A stretch of 61,466 nt of DNA from the NCBI GenBank assembly GCA_030146045.1, contig JASLDG010000006.1, positions 1 through 61,466 of the forward strand, read 5' to 3'. Both the position numbers and the translations under genes were made by a program. The stretch's first letter is position 1; each line of letters begins with the position of its first letter. The notes below the pieces were generated by a model, which saw nothing but the letters and a program-made list of their open reading frames with translations, ran no database searches and was not told where the DNA came from. The stretch is from Candidatus Saccharimonadales bacterium (GTDB taxonomy: Bacteria > Patescibacteriota > Saccharimonadia > Saccharimonadales > Saccharimonadaceae). Shown in pieces: positions 25,207 to 33,881 of the stretch.

Positions 25207-25931
25207 GCACTACGCCAAAATCCCTCACCATCGTCAATCTCTATCCGCGCGATATGAATATCTATGGCGATGACGGCAATGTTTTGGTACTCGAAAAACG
25301 TGCACAGTGGCATGGGTATGAGCCCCGTGTGATCCGCTACAATGTCGGTGATTCGTTCCCAGAAAAAGCCGATATTATCATTGGCGGCGGCGGACAAGAC
25401 AGCGGACAGACAGTGATTCAAGCAGACCTTCTGAAACGCGGCGATCAGCTCAAAACACTTGCCGCAGAAAATACTCCCATGCTCATGATTTGCGGACTCT
25501 ATCAGCTATTTGGCCATTTTTACAAAACTGCAGGGGGCGATAGCATACAGGGAATCAGTCTTCTTGACATCGAAACGCACGCCGGACCTGAACGCCTGAT
25601 CGGTAATATCATCACTCAGTCAACACAGTTCGGTGGGATCATTGGCTACGAAAACCACAGCGGCCAAACGTTTCTTGGCAAAAATGTACAACCACTTGGC
25701 ATCGTGCAAAAAGGCGCGGGCAATAACGGCCAAGATGATACCGAAGGTGCACGCTATAAAAACGTTATCGGTAGCTACCTCCATGGCTCGCTATTACCTA
25801 AAAACCCTGCAATTGCCGACTTCTTGATCGAGCAAGCAGCCATTAATAAGTATGGTGATTTCACTCCAACAGTTATCGATGACCGTTTTGCTAAGCTCGC
25901 GCGTGAACACGCCGTCAAGCGCCCCCGATAA
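25203..25931 (+). CDS. gatD: Lipid II isoglutaminyl synthase, glutaminase subunit
   Basis: 242 aa. 4-nt overlap with murT. LMICGLYQLFG (nucleophile Cys), GYENHSGQT, YLHGSLLPKNP. Confidence 0.88.
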   Translation: MSTTPKSLTIVNLYPRDMNIYGDDGNVLVLEKRAQWHGYEPRVIRYNVGDSFPEKADIIIGGGGQDSGQTVIQADLLKRGDQLKTLAAENTPMLMICGLYQLFGHFYKTAGGDSIQGISLLDIETHAGPERLIGNIITQSTQFGGIIGYENHSGQTFLGKNVQPLGIVQKGAGNNGQDDTEGARYKNVIGSYLHGSLLPKNPAIADFLIEQAAINKYGDFTPTVIDDRFAKLAREHAVKRPR

Positions 25932-25991
25932 ACAATTTCGCTTTCGTCCTTTAGGACTCATCAGCACAAATACACATTTGTGGAGCGAACA

Positions 25992-26006
25992 TGACAAGCA
26001 GACAGA
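25992..26006. repeat. Left 15-bp inverted repeat flanking the GC-rich orphan gene
   Basis: tgacaagcagacaga. Its exact reverse complement occurs at 26587-26601. Confidence 0.9.
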
Positions 26007-26034
26007 GGTTCGCACGTGGTATGGTGAGAAGGAC

Positions 26035-26460
26035 TTACTTCTCCCAAATCACCTTAGAAGGAGAGGAATACCCATGTGCCGCGGTGACTCGATTGGGAGT
26101 CACCTCCATGATGGTTTTCCAAGGCCACGACACCTCGTCGAGACCCGCTCGGTCAGCACACTCACTGAGTATGTCGCTCGGGTGGTAGTCCACGCCGAGC
26201 GTCACACCGCCATGCTGACGGCAGTACATCTCGAGCGTCTCCTGTAGAGCCTCGCGAAAACGATCGAGCATTTCCTGGCTCGGGCGTGGGCGACGGGAAT
26301 GCGTCAGCATCGCCATCATCATCGCGAGCCCGCCCGCTTCAGACTGGTCACCATTATCGAACCTGGGGTGCGCGACCACCTCGCACCACCACAGCGCAGC
26401 AGCCTCTGCTGCCGTACTGGCGGAACAGATGTCCTGCTGAACCTCTTCATACGTTTTCAT
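26035..26460 (-). CDS. Hypothetical protein, compositionally atypical (GC-rich)
   Basis: 141 aa from the ATG at 26460 (the track ORF starts at 26478). Hand counts of 60-nt blocks give 36, 42 and 38 G+C of 60, versus 27/60 in a gatD block and 29/60 in a bcp block. No motif recognised. Confidence 0.55.
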   Translation of the reverse strand: MKTYEEVQQDICSASTAAEAAALWWCEVVAHPRFDNGDQSEAGGLAMMMAMLTHSRRPRPSQEMLDRFREALQETLEMYCRQHGGVTLGVDYHPSDILSECADRAGLDEVSWPWKTIMEVTPNRVTAAHGYSSPSKVIWEK

Positions 26461-26586
26461 TATGCACTTTCTTCTCATCTGGGTAGCTACCCGATATCTC
26501 TATTGGTCAGCGTCCGGATGACGAAGACACAAGATGAGATTTCGCACTATACGTCTGTATAAAGCAAAACCTCATCTTGTGCAGTT

Positions 26587-26601
26587 TCTGTCTGCTTGTC
26601 A
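26587..26601. repeat. Right 15-bp inverted repeat flanking the GC-rich orphan gene
   Basis: tctgtctgcttgtca is the reverse complement of 25992-26006. Confidence 0.9.
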
Positions 26602-26648
26602 AAGTACTCGAAACAAGGCAATACTGCCTCGCTTAACGAGGTGGATCT

Positions 26649-26677
26649 ATATTAGCATAAACTATAACAATTGTCAA
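26649..26677 (-). promoter_or_regulatory. Candidate promoter of the GC-rich orphan gene
   Basis: Minus-strand read: TTGACA (26677-26672), 17-nt spacer, TAATAT (26654-26649). It would give a ~180-nt structured leader containing the right inverted repeat. Confidence 0.35.
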
Positions 26678-26689
26678 TGCAGTAAGTCA

Positions 26690-27160
26690 TCAAGCGGCTG
26701 ATTGGAGCTTCTGCAACTCTTTGACAACTTGGCTCCCGTGCCCAAGCGGTGTGACACGACCATAGACCTTGCGTACCGTCCCTTTTGGATCGATGATAAA
26801 CGTGCGGCGCAGAATACCTTCCATGCCAAACTGTTTTTTACCCCATGCCCCGTAAGCGTTAATTACCTCTGCGTCTGGATCGCTGAGCAGCGTAAAGTTC
26901 AAATTATGCTTTGCTTTGAACTTCTCGTGGCTTGCCGCATCGTCTTTGCTAATCCCAATCACTTCAGCGCCAAGATCGGTCAGTTCGTCACGCGCATCAC
27001 GCATTGCACATGCTTCGATCGTACAGCCCGGTGTGTCATCTTTGGGATAAAAATAGAGTACTACCCACTTACCTGCATATTGCTTGAGCGTATGTGCTTC
27101 ACCTTCCTCATCTTTAAGAGAAAAATCAGGTGCTTTGTAGGGGGCTTGTTTCATTACCAT
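26690..27160 (-). CDS. bcp: Thiol peroxidase / peroxiredoxin, Bcp type
   Basis: YFYPKDDTPGCTIEACAMRD is the peroxiredoxin active site. The track ORF begins at a TTG (27211); I prefer the ATG at 27160 (MVMKQAPYKAPDF). Confidence 0.85.
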   Translation of the reverse strand: MVMKQAPYKAPDFSLKDEEGEAHTLKQYAGKWVVLYFYPKDDTPGCTIEACAMRDARDELTDLGAEVIGISKDDAASHEKFKAKHNLNFTLLSDPDAEVINAYGAWGKKQFGMEGILRRTFIIDPKGTVRKVYGRVTPLGHGSQVVKELQKLQSAA

Positions 27161-27234
27161 ATACCTAGTATATATCAGTTTACTGTGAACATGCTGAAAC
27201 GACGTACCCAATAGGCAAGTGCTATACTAGGTGG

Positions 27235-28299
27235 ATGGTACTACGCCCTTCCAAGCGACTGGTGGCGCTCGATTATCTGCGCGGCTTTTTTATCGTTATT
27301 ATCATTATCGACCACCTATGGCGCTGGCCAAGTATTTACGAGGTCATAACCGGCAAAGCAGCGCTATGGGTCACCGCCGCTGAAGGATTTGTGATTATCT
27401 CGGGGCTGCTCGTTGGATATATTCGAGGCTATAAAAACCGCGACTTGCCGATGAAGGAGGTCTGTATAAAGCTTTGGAAGCGAGCTGCGCTTCTCTACAT
27501 TTGGCTGATTATTATGACCGTTCTTTACACAAGCCTTACGTGGCTCGTAGGAGTTAAAGGGTCCTTGGCGCCGATTGAAGTACCGCAAGGCGATTGGGGG
27601 ACGCTGATCTGGTCAACAGTCACTCTCCACAATGCTCATACGTGGATCCACTTCTTATATATCTATGCTATGCTTCTTGCTGTCACTCCGCTCGTGGTAT
27701 GGCTGCTTCGCGCTCGCAAACTATGGGCAGTCGCCGCATTTACTATTGCCGGATATATCATTGGTCGCCTCGCAAACATCGAATGGATGCAGTGGATGCC
27801 CGTATTCTTTATACCGGCTATCGCTGGCTTTTACCTTCCTACAATCCAACATCGATGGGGCGCGATGTCGCTCAGGCGCCAACACATTATGGCCATCGGT
27901 ATCGTGAGCGTAACCGCTCTGACTATTTTTGCCTCTTACGTCTATACGTTTATCATTCCCGACCATGCGGTCGCCCAAACTCTCAACCAAGCCATGACAA
28001 AAGAAACCGCCTTCAATGCATGGCGCATTCCTATGGCGCTCCTCTGGTTTATCGGGTTCGTCGTACTGTTTGAATATACACAAAAGTTTATCGGACGCTG
28101 GCTGGGATGGCTGCTATTGCCATTTGGCATGTACTCACTTACAGCATACATCATACACGGCAGCGTATTGTTTATCATCGCTCTACTATTCGCTGATAGC
28201 ACCAATATTTGGTACAATAGCCTTGTTGGAACAGGCGCGATACTCGCCACTTGGCTGCTCCTAAAGCTCCCTTATACACACAAAATTATTCCTCGCTAG
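27235..28299 (+). CDS. OpgC-like / acyltransferase-3 superfamily integral membrane protein
   Basis: 354 aa with about 10 TM segments. The N-terminal LDYLRGFFIVIIIIDHL motif is typical of this family. Confidence 0.55.
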   Translation: MVLRPSKRLVALDYLRGFFIVIIIIDHLWRWPSIYEVITGKAALWVTAAEGFVIISGLLVGYIRGYKNRDLPMKEVCIKLWKRAALLYIWLIIMTVLYTSLTWLVGVKGSLAPIEVPQGDWGTLIWSTVTLHNAHTWIHFLYIYAMLLAVTPLVVWLLRARKLWAVAAFTIAGYIIGRLANIEWMQWMPVFFIPAIAGFYLPTIQHRWGAMSLRRQHIMAIGIVSVTALTIFASYVYTFIIPDHAVAQTLNQAMTKETAFNAWRIPMALLWFIGFVVLFEYTQKFIGRWLGWLLLPFGMYSLTAYIIHGSVLFIIALLFADSTNIWYNSLVGTGAILATWLLLKLPYTHKIIPR

Positions 28300-28300
28300 C

Positions 28301-29611
28301 ATGAAAAAAATCATCATTAGCCTCATTATTATTTGTCTCGTTGCGCTGCATGGCCTCTTGCTCATCGTCACGCCGCCCGGCTTTTTTGTAGACGAAGCCG
28401 CTACTGGCGCACATGTTACGAGCATGCTGCAGCACGGTACGAATGCTCATGGTACGGCGTGGCCGCTCTTCTCTGCATCACTTGGCGGTGGTTACACCAC
28501 TCCTGTATATCTCTATCCGCTCGTTGCGTGGTCAGCACTTTTTGGTACCAGCGAACTTGCCCTTCGCGGTTTTTCAATGTTTGTCACCATCGCTGCAATT
28601 TTCCTTCTTGGCCATACAATTCGACTGTGGATGGGTAAAAAAGCCGGACTCGTTGCAACCATAGCTGGGCTTATTCTGCCATGGGCATGGCTTCAAGGAA
28701 GCCTTGCCTGGGATCCAGCGCTCATACCCCTTGTGACTGCGATTGCTCTGTGGGCATTTTCGGTACTTGTCCTACTAAAACAAGGCCGCACTCGTAGCGC
28801 TGGTTTCATACTCCTCCCTCTTGCCCTTGTTGGGCTCGCCTACTTGTACCCACCCATGCGCGTCGGCGCTCCACTGCTCTTTTTGTCCGCCTATGGATAC
28901 CTCCTCTACACTAAGCGTATATCCATTTCCCTTCTTACCCTCACTTGTGTCATCTCGGCCATTATTGCCCTTCCGCTCGCGCAATTTATATTGCAACCGG
29001 ACGCGCTCGAACGCAGTCGTGAACTGAGCGTTTTTCATACTGTTTCACCCATCGAAGGTATTGGACGAGCTATCAGTCATTTTCTCGGTATGATCAATCC
29101 GCTCTTCCTTTTTGCTACCGGTGACCCCAATCTTCGTCATGCGACCGGTATCCAGGGCATGCTTGGTGTTGCAGCGCTTGCCCCTATCGCCGCTGTCCTC
29201 TTTGTCACAGCGCGAACATTCACAAGAAAGCAACGTCATTCTTTGTCCACGCAACAAATGAACCTGCTTTCTATCAGCCTCGTCGGTATAAGTGCAAGTC
29301 TTATCGGATCAGCCCTTACCAACGAAGGGCAGCCTCATTCGCTACGCGCATGTGCCGCATGGGTATTCTTTGTTATCGTGATTACAATCGGATGGCAGCT
29401 ATTGGCAAGACTCAAACGACGGCGATACCTCCTTTATAGCGCAATTCTTATAGCCATCATCGGAACACTTTTTTACATTGGAGATCTAGTAATCGGCTAT
29501 CCACACCGCAGTGAAAACTCATTTGACGTACCGCAGCGCGCCATTATCATTGGCGGCCACAGGATCGAAGAATACCCAGCACTCGCCCAATATTATTACC
29601 GCAATCGTTAG
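28301..29611 (+). CDS. GT-C fold glycosyltransferase (ArnT/PMT-like), polytopic
   Basis: 436 aa, polytopic. First-loop acidic motif GFFVDEAATGAH. Confidence 0.55.
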   Translation: MKKIIISLIIICLVALHGLLLIVTPPGFFVDEAATGAHVTSMLQHGTNAHGTAWPLFSASLGGGYTTPVYLYPLVAWSALFGTSELALRGFSMFVTIAAIFLLGHTIRLWMGKKAGLVATIAGLILPWAWLQGSLAWDPALIPLVTAIALWAFSVLVLLKQGRTRSAGFILLPLALVGLAYLYPPMRVGAPLLFLSAYGYLLYTKRISISLLTLTCVISAIIALPLAQFILQPDALERSRELSVFHTVSPIEGIGRAISHFLGMINPLFLFATGDPNLRHATGIQGMLGVAALAPIAAVLFVTARTFTRKQRHSLSTQQMNLLSISLVGISASLIGSALTNEGQPHSLRACAAWVFFVIVITIGWQLLARLKRRRYLLYSAILIAIIGTLFYIGDLVIGYPHRSENSFDVPQRAIIIGGHRIEEYPALAQYYYRNR

Positions 29612-31098
29612 CGTTCATATATCTTTACATACACCTTGTCAAAATCATACTGCCCTACTAATCGATAGCGAGCATCGGGCACAACTGGTGTTTCATCATC
29701 CTCATAGTGAACCGAAGCAATACGCTTTGTCATAATACCACTAGTATCCTTGATACGATCAGGACTGTTTGTCACTGGTGCATACCCGCCCACGAGCACG
29801 TCGTCCCATGGACGGTACATCTTGAGCGGACACCCCTGTAACTCATACCACATATCAATATATCCAAACGGTCCCGATGTAACATACGTCGTGTCGTCAC
29901 ACCCAATCGTCTGGCGTATACTCACACTGTCCATTCCTTGTGCGCGTTGGAAATTATAATTGCCTACTTGGTGAAGCGTAACTTGGCCGCCTATCATCAA
30001 CGCCATATTCAGGATCAATGCAATTGACGCAAGCCGCGCATGCCGTAAACGATAGCCAAGGACAACGATAACTCCACAAAGCGCATAAAGAAATGGCGAG
30101 ATATGCACCACATACCGCTCCATAAAACGCGGCGGATTTGGCGGCAGTGATATCGCCGCATAGAAAAGCATACCTCCAAAAAAGACTATACTCAGCAATA
30201 TAATACCTTGGCGGTATCGACCCCCACTTGCGCGCCATACGCATCCAGCCAGCATCGCCATTACTACCACCCAAGCTATAATCCCAAGTGCAAGCCAGGG
30301 ATCTACCTGCCACCATGCGTGATACGACAGAAGCATGCTTATGACATTTACCACATCAACAAGACCAAGTGCACTCATATATGGTGGGAGAGCCGAATTT
30401 TGCAACTGCACCATTACGGTTGGTACCCAAGGAAGAAACAGTAGGATGGCACCTAGATAATAAAGCAGCCATGACTGTTTCAGGATGGGGCGTTTACGCC
30501 GCACTTGTTGATACACGAGCCATGCAACATGTGCCACCCAAAATACAATCGACATATAGAGTGTATACATTCCACCCGCAACGAGGAGCATGTATATAAT
30601 CCACAGGTGCTTTGCACCTGTTTTGACAGCCTGCACTAAAAGTAATGTTGCGAGCGCACCAATGAGGGCGACAAGAGCATACATCCGGACCTCATAGTCA
30701 TACCGTGACATAAACGGCGCAAGAACTAAAAATGGCGCCACTAACACCGCTACACGCGGTGAGAATAATCGCCGCAACAGTACAATCACGATGCCAACTG
30801 TTAACGCACCAAGAAGAGCGCTACTGACACGTAGCGAGAGCTCTGTCCAGCCAAATATCGTTCCCCACATCTTTAAGTAGAGATAGTACCCCGGCGGATG
30901 AGCATCAAGTCCTGTTAAGCGAATCAGCTCCGCTATCGGCTGCTGCGCGAGCATAATCGAATACGACTCATCGAACCATACACTTTGCCCGATGCCTTGT
31001 ATAAGCGCTATAGCCAGCGTGAACAACACTGCAAATAGTGCCACCCATGGCCAGCGGCGTGCCATCACTTGGATAACCAAGTCAGCTGTACGTTTCAT
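29608..31098 (-). CDS. GT-C fold glycosyltransferase (family 39 / ArnT-like)
   Basis: 496 aa, polytopic. First-loop motif SVWFDESYSIM and HPPGYYLYLK. Its stop codon overlaps the stop of the convergent 28301..29611 gene (gTTAG). Confidence 0.65.
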   Translation of the reverse strand: MKRTADLVIQVMARRWPWVALFAVLFTLAIALIQGIGQSVWFDESYSIMLAQQPIAELIRLTGLDAHPPGYYLYLKMWGTIFGWTELSLRVSSALLGALTVGIVIVLLRRLFSPRVAVLVAPFLVLAPFMSRYDYEVRMYALVALIGALATLLLVQAVKTGAKHLWIIYMLLVAGGMYTLYMSIVFWVAHVAWLVYQQVRRKRPILKQSWLLYYLGAILLFLPWVPTVMVQLQNSALPPYMSALGLVDVVNVISMLLSYHAWWQVDPWLALGIIAWVVVMAMLAGCVWRASGGRYRQGIILLSIVFFGGMLFYAAISLPPNPPRFMERYVVHISPFLYALCGVIVVLGYRLRHARLASIALILNMALMIGGQVTLHQVGNYNFQRAQGMDSVSIRQTIGCDDTTYVTSGPFGYIDMWYELQGCPLKMYRPWDDVLVGGYAPVTNSPDRIKDTSGIMTKRIASVHYEDDETPVVPDARYRLVGQYDFDKVYVKIYER

Positions 31099-31583
31099 CG
31101 ATATTCCTTCTTAAATACAACTCGGCTGTACCAAACATAGTTCCATACCGAACCAGCCGCAATACCTATGCATTTTGCCACCACGATCAAAACTATGAGC
31201 ATCGCACCACCCTCAACTCCTAACCACACCTTAAAGCCACTTAATAGCTGAGACATGATAACCGTTTGCACAAACCAGATACCCGCTAATGTTACCGCCA
31301 CAAACAGTACCACACTGCGCATAGTCATTGGCTTACTTTCTGGAAATACGGCCTTTTTATTAAGCGTAAAACTGACGATGAGCGCACAGGTCGTCGAAAT
31401 AATATTCGCTGTGGCCGCATGGACACCCCATACTGATATCAACGAAAGGAGCACAATAAAATCTGTTATCGTGTTAGCCACGCCAACCATGATAAAGCGG
31501 ACTTTCTCAAATTGCGCAGCGCGCTTGCCCTTATGGACAATCCCCCGATATGCTCGGTGAATTGTATTCTTTTGCTGATCCAT
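31095..31583 (-). CDS. GtrA-family membrane protein
   Basis: 162 aa with 4 TM segments. FIMVGVANTITDFIVLLSL is a typical GtrA N-terminus. 4-nt overlap with the GT-C gene. Confidence 0.7.
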   Translation of the reverse strand: MDQQKNTIHRAYRGIVHKGKRAAQFEKVRFIMVGVANTITDFIVLLSLISVWGVHAATANIISTTCALIVSFTLNKKAVFPESKPMTMRSVVLFVAVTLAGIWFVQTVIMSQLLSGFKVWLGVEGGAMLIVLIVVAKCIGIAAGSVWNYVWYSRVVFKKEYR

Positions 31584-31663
31584 ACTATTCTATATATAAT
31601 ACTACATTTCCCTCTAGAAATCTTGCCCCAGATGCGCTATAATCACTTAAGATATCACCTTAT

Positions 31664-31739
31664 CGGGGTGTGGCGCAGTTGATAGCGCGCTCGGTTTGGG
31701 ACCGAGAGGTCGAAGGTTTGAGTCCTTTCACCCCGACCA
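31664..31739 (+). tRNA. tRNA-Pro (anticodon TGG)
   Basis: CGGGGTG-...-CTCGG-TTTGGGA-CCGAG-...-GTTTGAGTCC T-arm-...-CACCCCG-A-CCA. Confidence 0.9.
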
Positions 31740-31741
31740 TA

Positions 31742-31773
31742 GAAAAATGACCGTCTTTGGATGGTCATTTTTC
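31742..31773 (+). terminator. Rho-independent terminator after tRNA-Pro
   Basis: gaaaaatgacc (31742-31752) pairs with ggtcatttttc (31763-31773). Confidence 0.65.
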
Positions 31774-31843
31774 TATGGTATTGCACCGCGATATACAACT
31801 TCGACTTTTTTGCAAAGAGTAAAAATTCGCTATACTAATAAGC

Positions 31844-32488
31844 GTGCCTACCCTAACTTTTCGCAAGCTCAAACACCGCACCAGAAAGCTACTTCGTAAT
31901 AAGCCACTTGTCGCCGTAAGCACTATAACTCTTTTCTGTATTGGCATTATCTTCTATGCTTTAGTTATGCAACCTAAACGTTTAACCGTAGATCCCGTTA
32001 CGTATCGACCACTCCTACAGCTCATTGCACAGGCAGAAAGTAAGGACAATTACAATGCATATTTTGGTAATGTCCATAATGCATCGATTGACTTTACTTC
32101 TATGTCGATTGCTGAGGTTCTGCAATGGCAAGCACGCTTCATACAGCAAGGAAACCCAAGCAGTGCAGTGGGGCGCTATCAAATTATTGACACGACACTA
32201 CGCGGACTTGTGCATGAACTCGGTATTGATACGCAGCAAAAATTTGACCAGTCGACTCAAGATCGCCTCGCCATTGCCCTCCTTGAACGGCGCGGCAGCG
32301 AGAAGTATATCAATCATGAACTCACCCGGCACGAGTTTGCGGCTAATCTTGCCAAAGAATGGGCTGCGCTACCTAGAATCATCGGTGATACCCCAGAGGC
32401 AAGTTACTACGCAAATGATGGCCTGAACCAAGCGCTCGTTCCGGTTGATCATGTCCTAGAAGCAATTGCTCCGATAAGCGCCAAGTAA
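31844..32488 (+). CDS. Membrane-anchored lysozyme-like lytic transglycosylase (lambda-R / GH104-like)
   Basis: 214 aa. N-terminal TM helix (LVAVSTITLFCIGIIFYALV), IAQAESKDNYNAYFG (catalytic Glu context) and SAVGRYQIIDTTL. Confidence 0.55.
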   Translation: MPTLTFRKLKHRTRKLLRNKPLVAVSTITLFCIGIIFYALVMQPKRLTVDPVTYRPLLQLIAQAESKDNYNAYFGNVHNASIDFTSMSIAEVLQWQARFIQQGNPSSAVGRYQIIDTTLRGLVHELGIDTQQKFDQSTQDRLAIALLERRGSEKYINHELTRHEFAANLAKEWAALPRIIGDTPEASYYANDGLNQALVPVDHVLEAIAPISAK

Positions 32489-32494
32489 TCTCGC

Positions 32495-33241
32495 TTATTC
32501 AAAGTGCTTGGCTGTATGCAACTCAAACCGACCATCTTTATTTGGCACGAGTTCATACATCATATTTTTACGCTCAAGCACGATTGTCCACTTATTTTCG
32601 ACGGCTTTTTCGTAGAGTTCAGCAGTTGGATTAAAGGCGATAGGACGATCAACTAGCCCAAGCATACCAACATCACCATTACTATCACCGACCGCAACAC
32701 TGCCCTTGAGCGTCAGATTATACTCGTCAATAAGTCGATTAAGAATCAGATCTTTATTGGTGTGTGACTTTGTTCTTTTACCTGTAAAGAACTCCTCTCC
32801 ACGCTCCCACTCTTGCCCAACCCATGTATCAAAGCCATACTTTTTCGCAAACGGCTCAACAAGGTCAACTTGTGAGCCGCTAATTGCGATCAAGAAATAA
32901 CCTTTGTCTTTGAGTTCTTTTACAAGATTACGTGTGTAGACATACACATTCTCAGCCTTTTTTGCCAATACGTGCGCCACGGCTTCATCATAGTCTGCCA
33001 CTCGAATCTGCGTCGAAAGATCATCAAATGCAACTACCATCGTATGCTCAAATTCTTCAAAAGCATTCCCATGAAGGCGATGTCGCCATTGGCGATGCTT
33101 GATAGTAAGCTCGTTGGCAATTTCCTCTGGAACTTTCCCCATTTTAGCAAGCTCATAACTCACCTCGCGATACAGTCCGCTCCGAAAAAGCGTGCCATCA
33201 ATATCAAATGCTGCAAATTTCTTTTTCGCCATAGTGTGCAT
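32495..33241 (-). CDS. HAD-IB family hydrolase (SerB-like)
   Basis: 248 aa. FAAFDIDGTLFRS (motif I), AISGS (motif II), VAVGDSNGDVGML (motif IV). Confidence 0.75.
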   Translation of the reverse strand: MHTMAKKKFAAFDIDGTLFRSGLYREVSYELAKMGKVPEEIANELTIKHRQWRHRLHGNAFEEFEHTMVVAFDDLSTQIRVADYDEAVAHVLAKKAENVYVYTRNLVKELKDKGYFLIAISGSQVDLVEPFAKKYGFDTWVGQEWERGEEFFTGKRTKSHTNKDLILNRLIDEYNLTLKGSVAVGDSNGDVGMLGLVDRPIAFNPTAELYEKAVENKWTIVLERKNMMYELVPNKDGRFELHTAKHFE

Positions 33242-33299
33242 AGCATACGCCTTTTATAATATGCCCGTCAACCATAACAGGTTTCACTCCTAGAGCAAA

Positions 33300-33881
33300 C
33301 TATTTCAATACAAGCTGTGCGACATGTGTAACATCTTCGACAGTATTGGCTTCTGGAGAGACCCCGGCACCATAACTGACAATCAACCAATCACGCCCTT
33401 GCAGGATATTCATCTGGCCATTCACTGGATTAAAGAACGCAGCGTCCCCAACACCTGTAATACTCTGTACACCTGGGTTTGCATTTTTATGAGCAGCGAA
33501 CTCTCGCTTATTCTGTGCGCTACCATCATCGTTTACTCCAGAACGTATTGCTACAGCTGCCACCTTCATACTGTTCTGGTTCGGATTTCGGTCGGTATAA
33601 CTGCATTTGCTGGTCGCAATATTACCAGATACAATTGGCTTTTTTGTATCAACACTTATCACATTATCGCCCAGTAAATCTTGTGCTTCGGCAGGCGTGA
33701 ATCGTTCACACGCCTTGGTCGGTTGATAGACGACAACGTTTGACACATTGACGTTGTAGATAAAAAGTGCGAGCAGCAGGATCGCGAGCGCCACAAGCGG
33801 GGCCGCAATTGCAATATTGCGTTGGTGCGTCATCACATAGGCACGCACACGATTCACGGATTCTTTGAGTGCAGCACTCAC
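33300..33881 (-). CDS. Membrane-anchored extracytoplasmic protein, unknown function
   Basis: 193 aa. Single N-terminal TM helix (IAIAAPLVALAILLLALFIY). 4-nt overlap with the upstream gene. Confidence 0.55.
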   Translation of the reverse strand: MSAALKESVNRVRAYVMTHQRNIAIAAPLVALAILLLALFIYNVNVSNVVVYQPTKACERFTPAEAQDLLGDNVISVDTKKPIVSGNIATSKCSYTDRNPNQNSMKVAAVAIRSGVNDDGSAQNKREFAAHKNANPGVQSITGVGDAAFFNPVNGQMNILQGRDWLIVSYGAGVSPEANTVEDVTHVAQLVLK

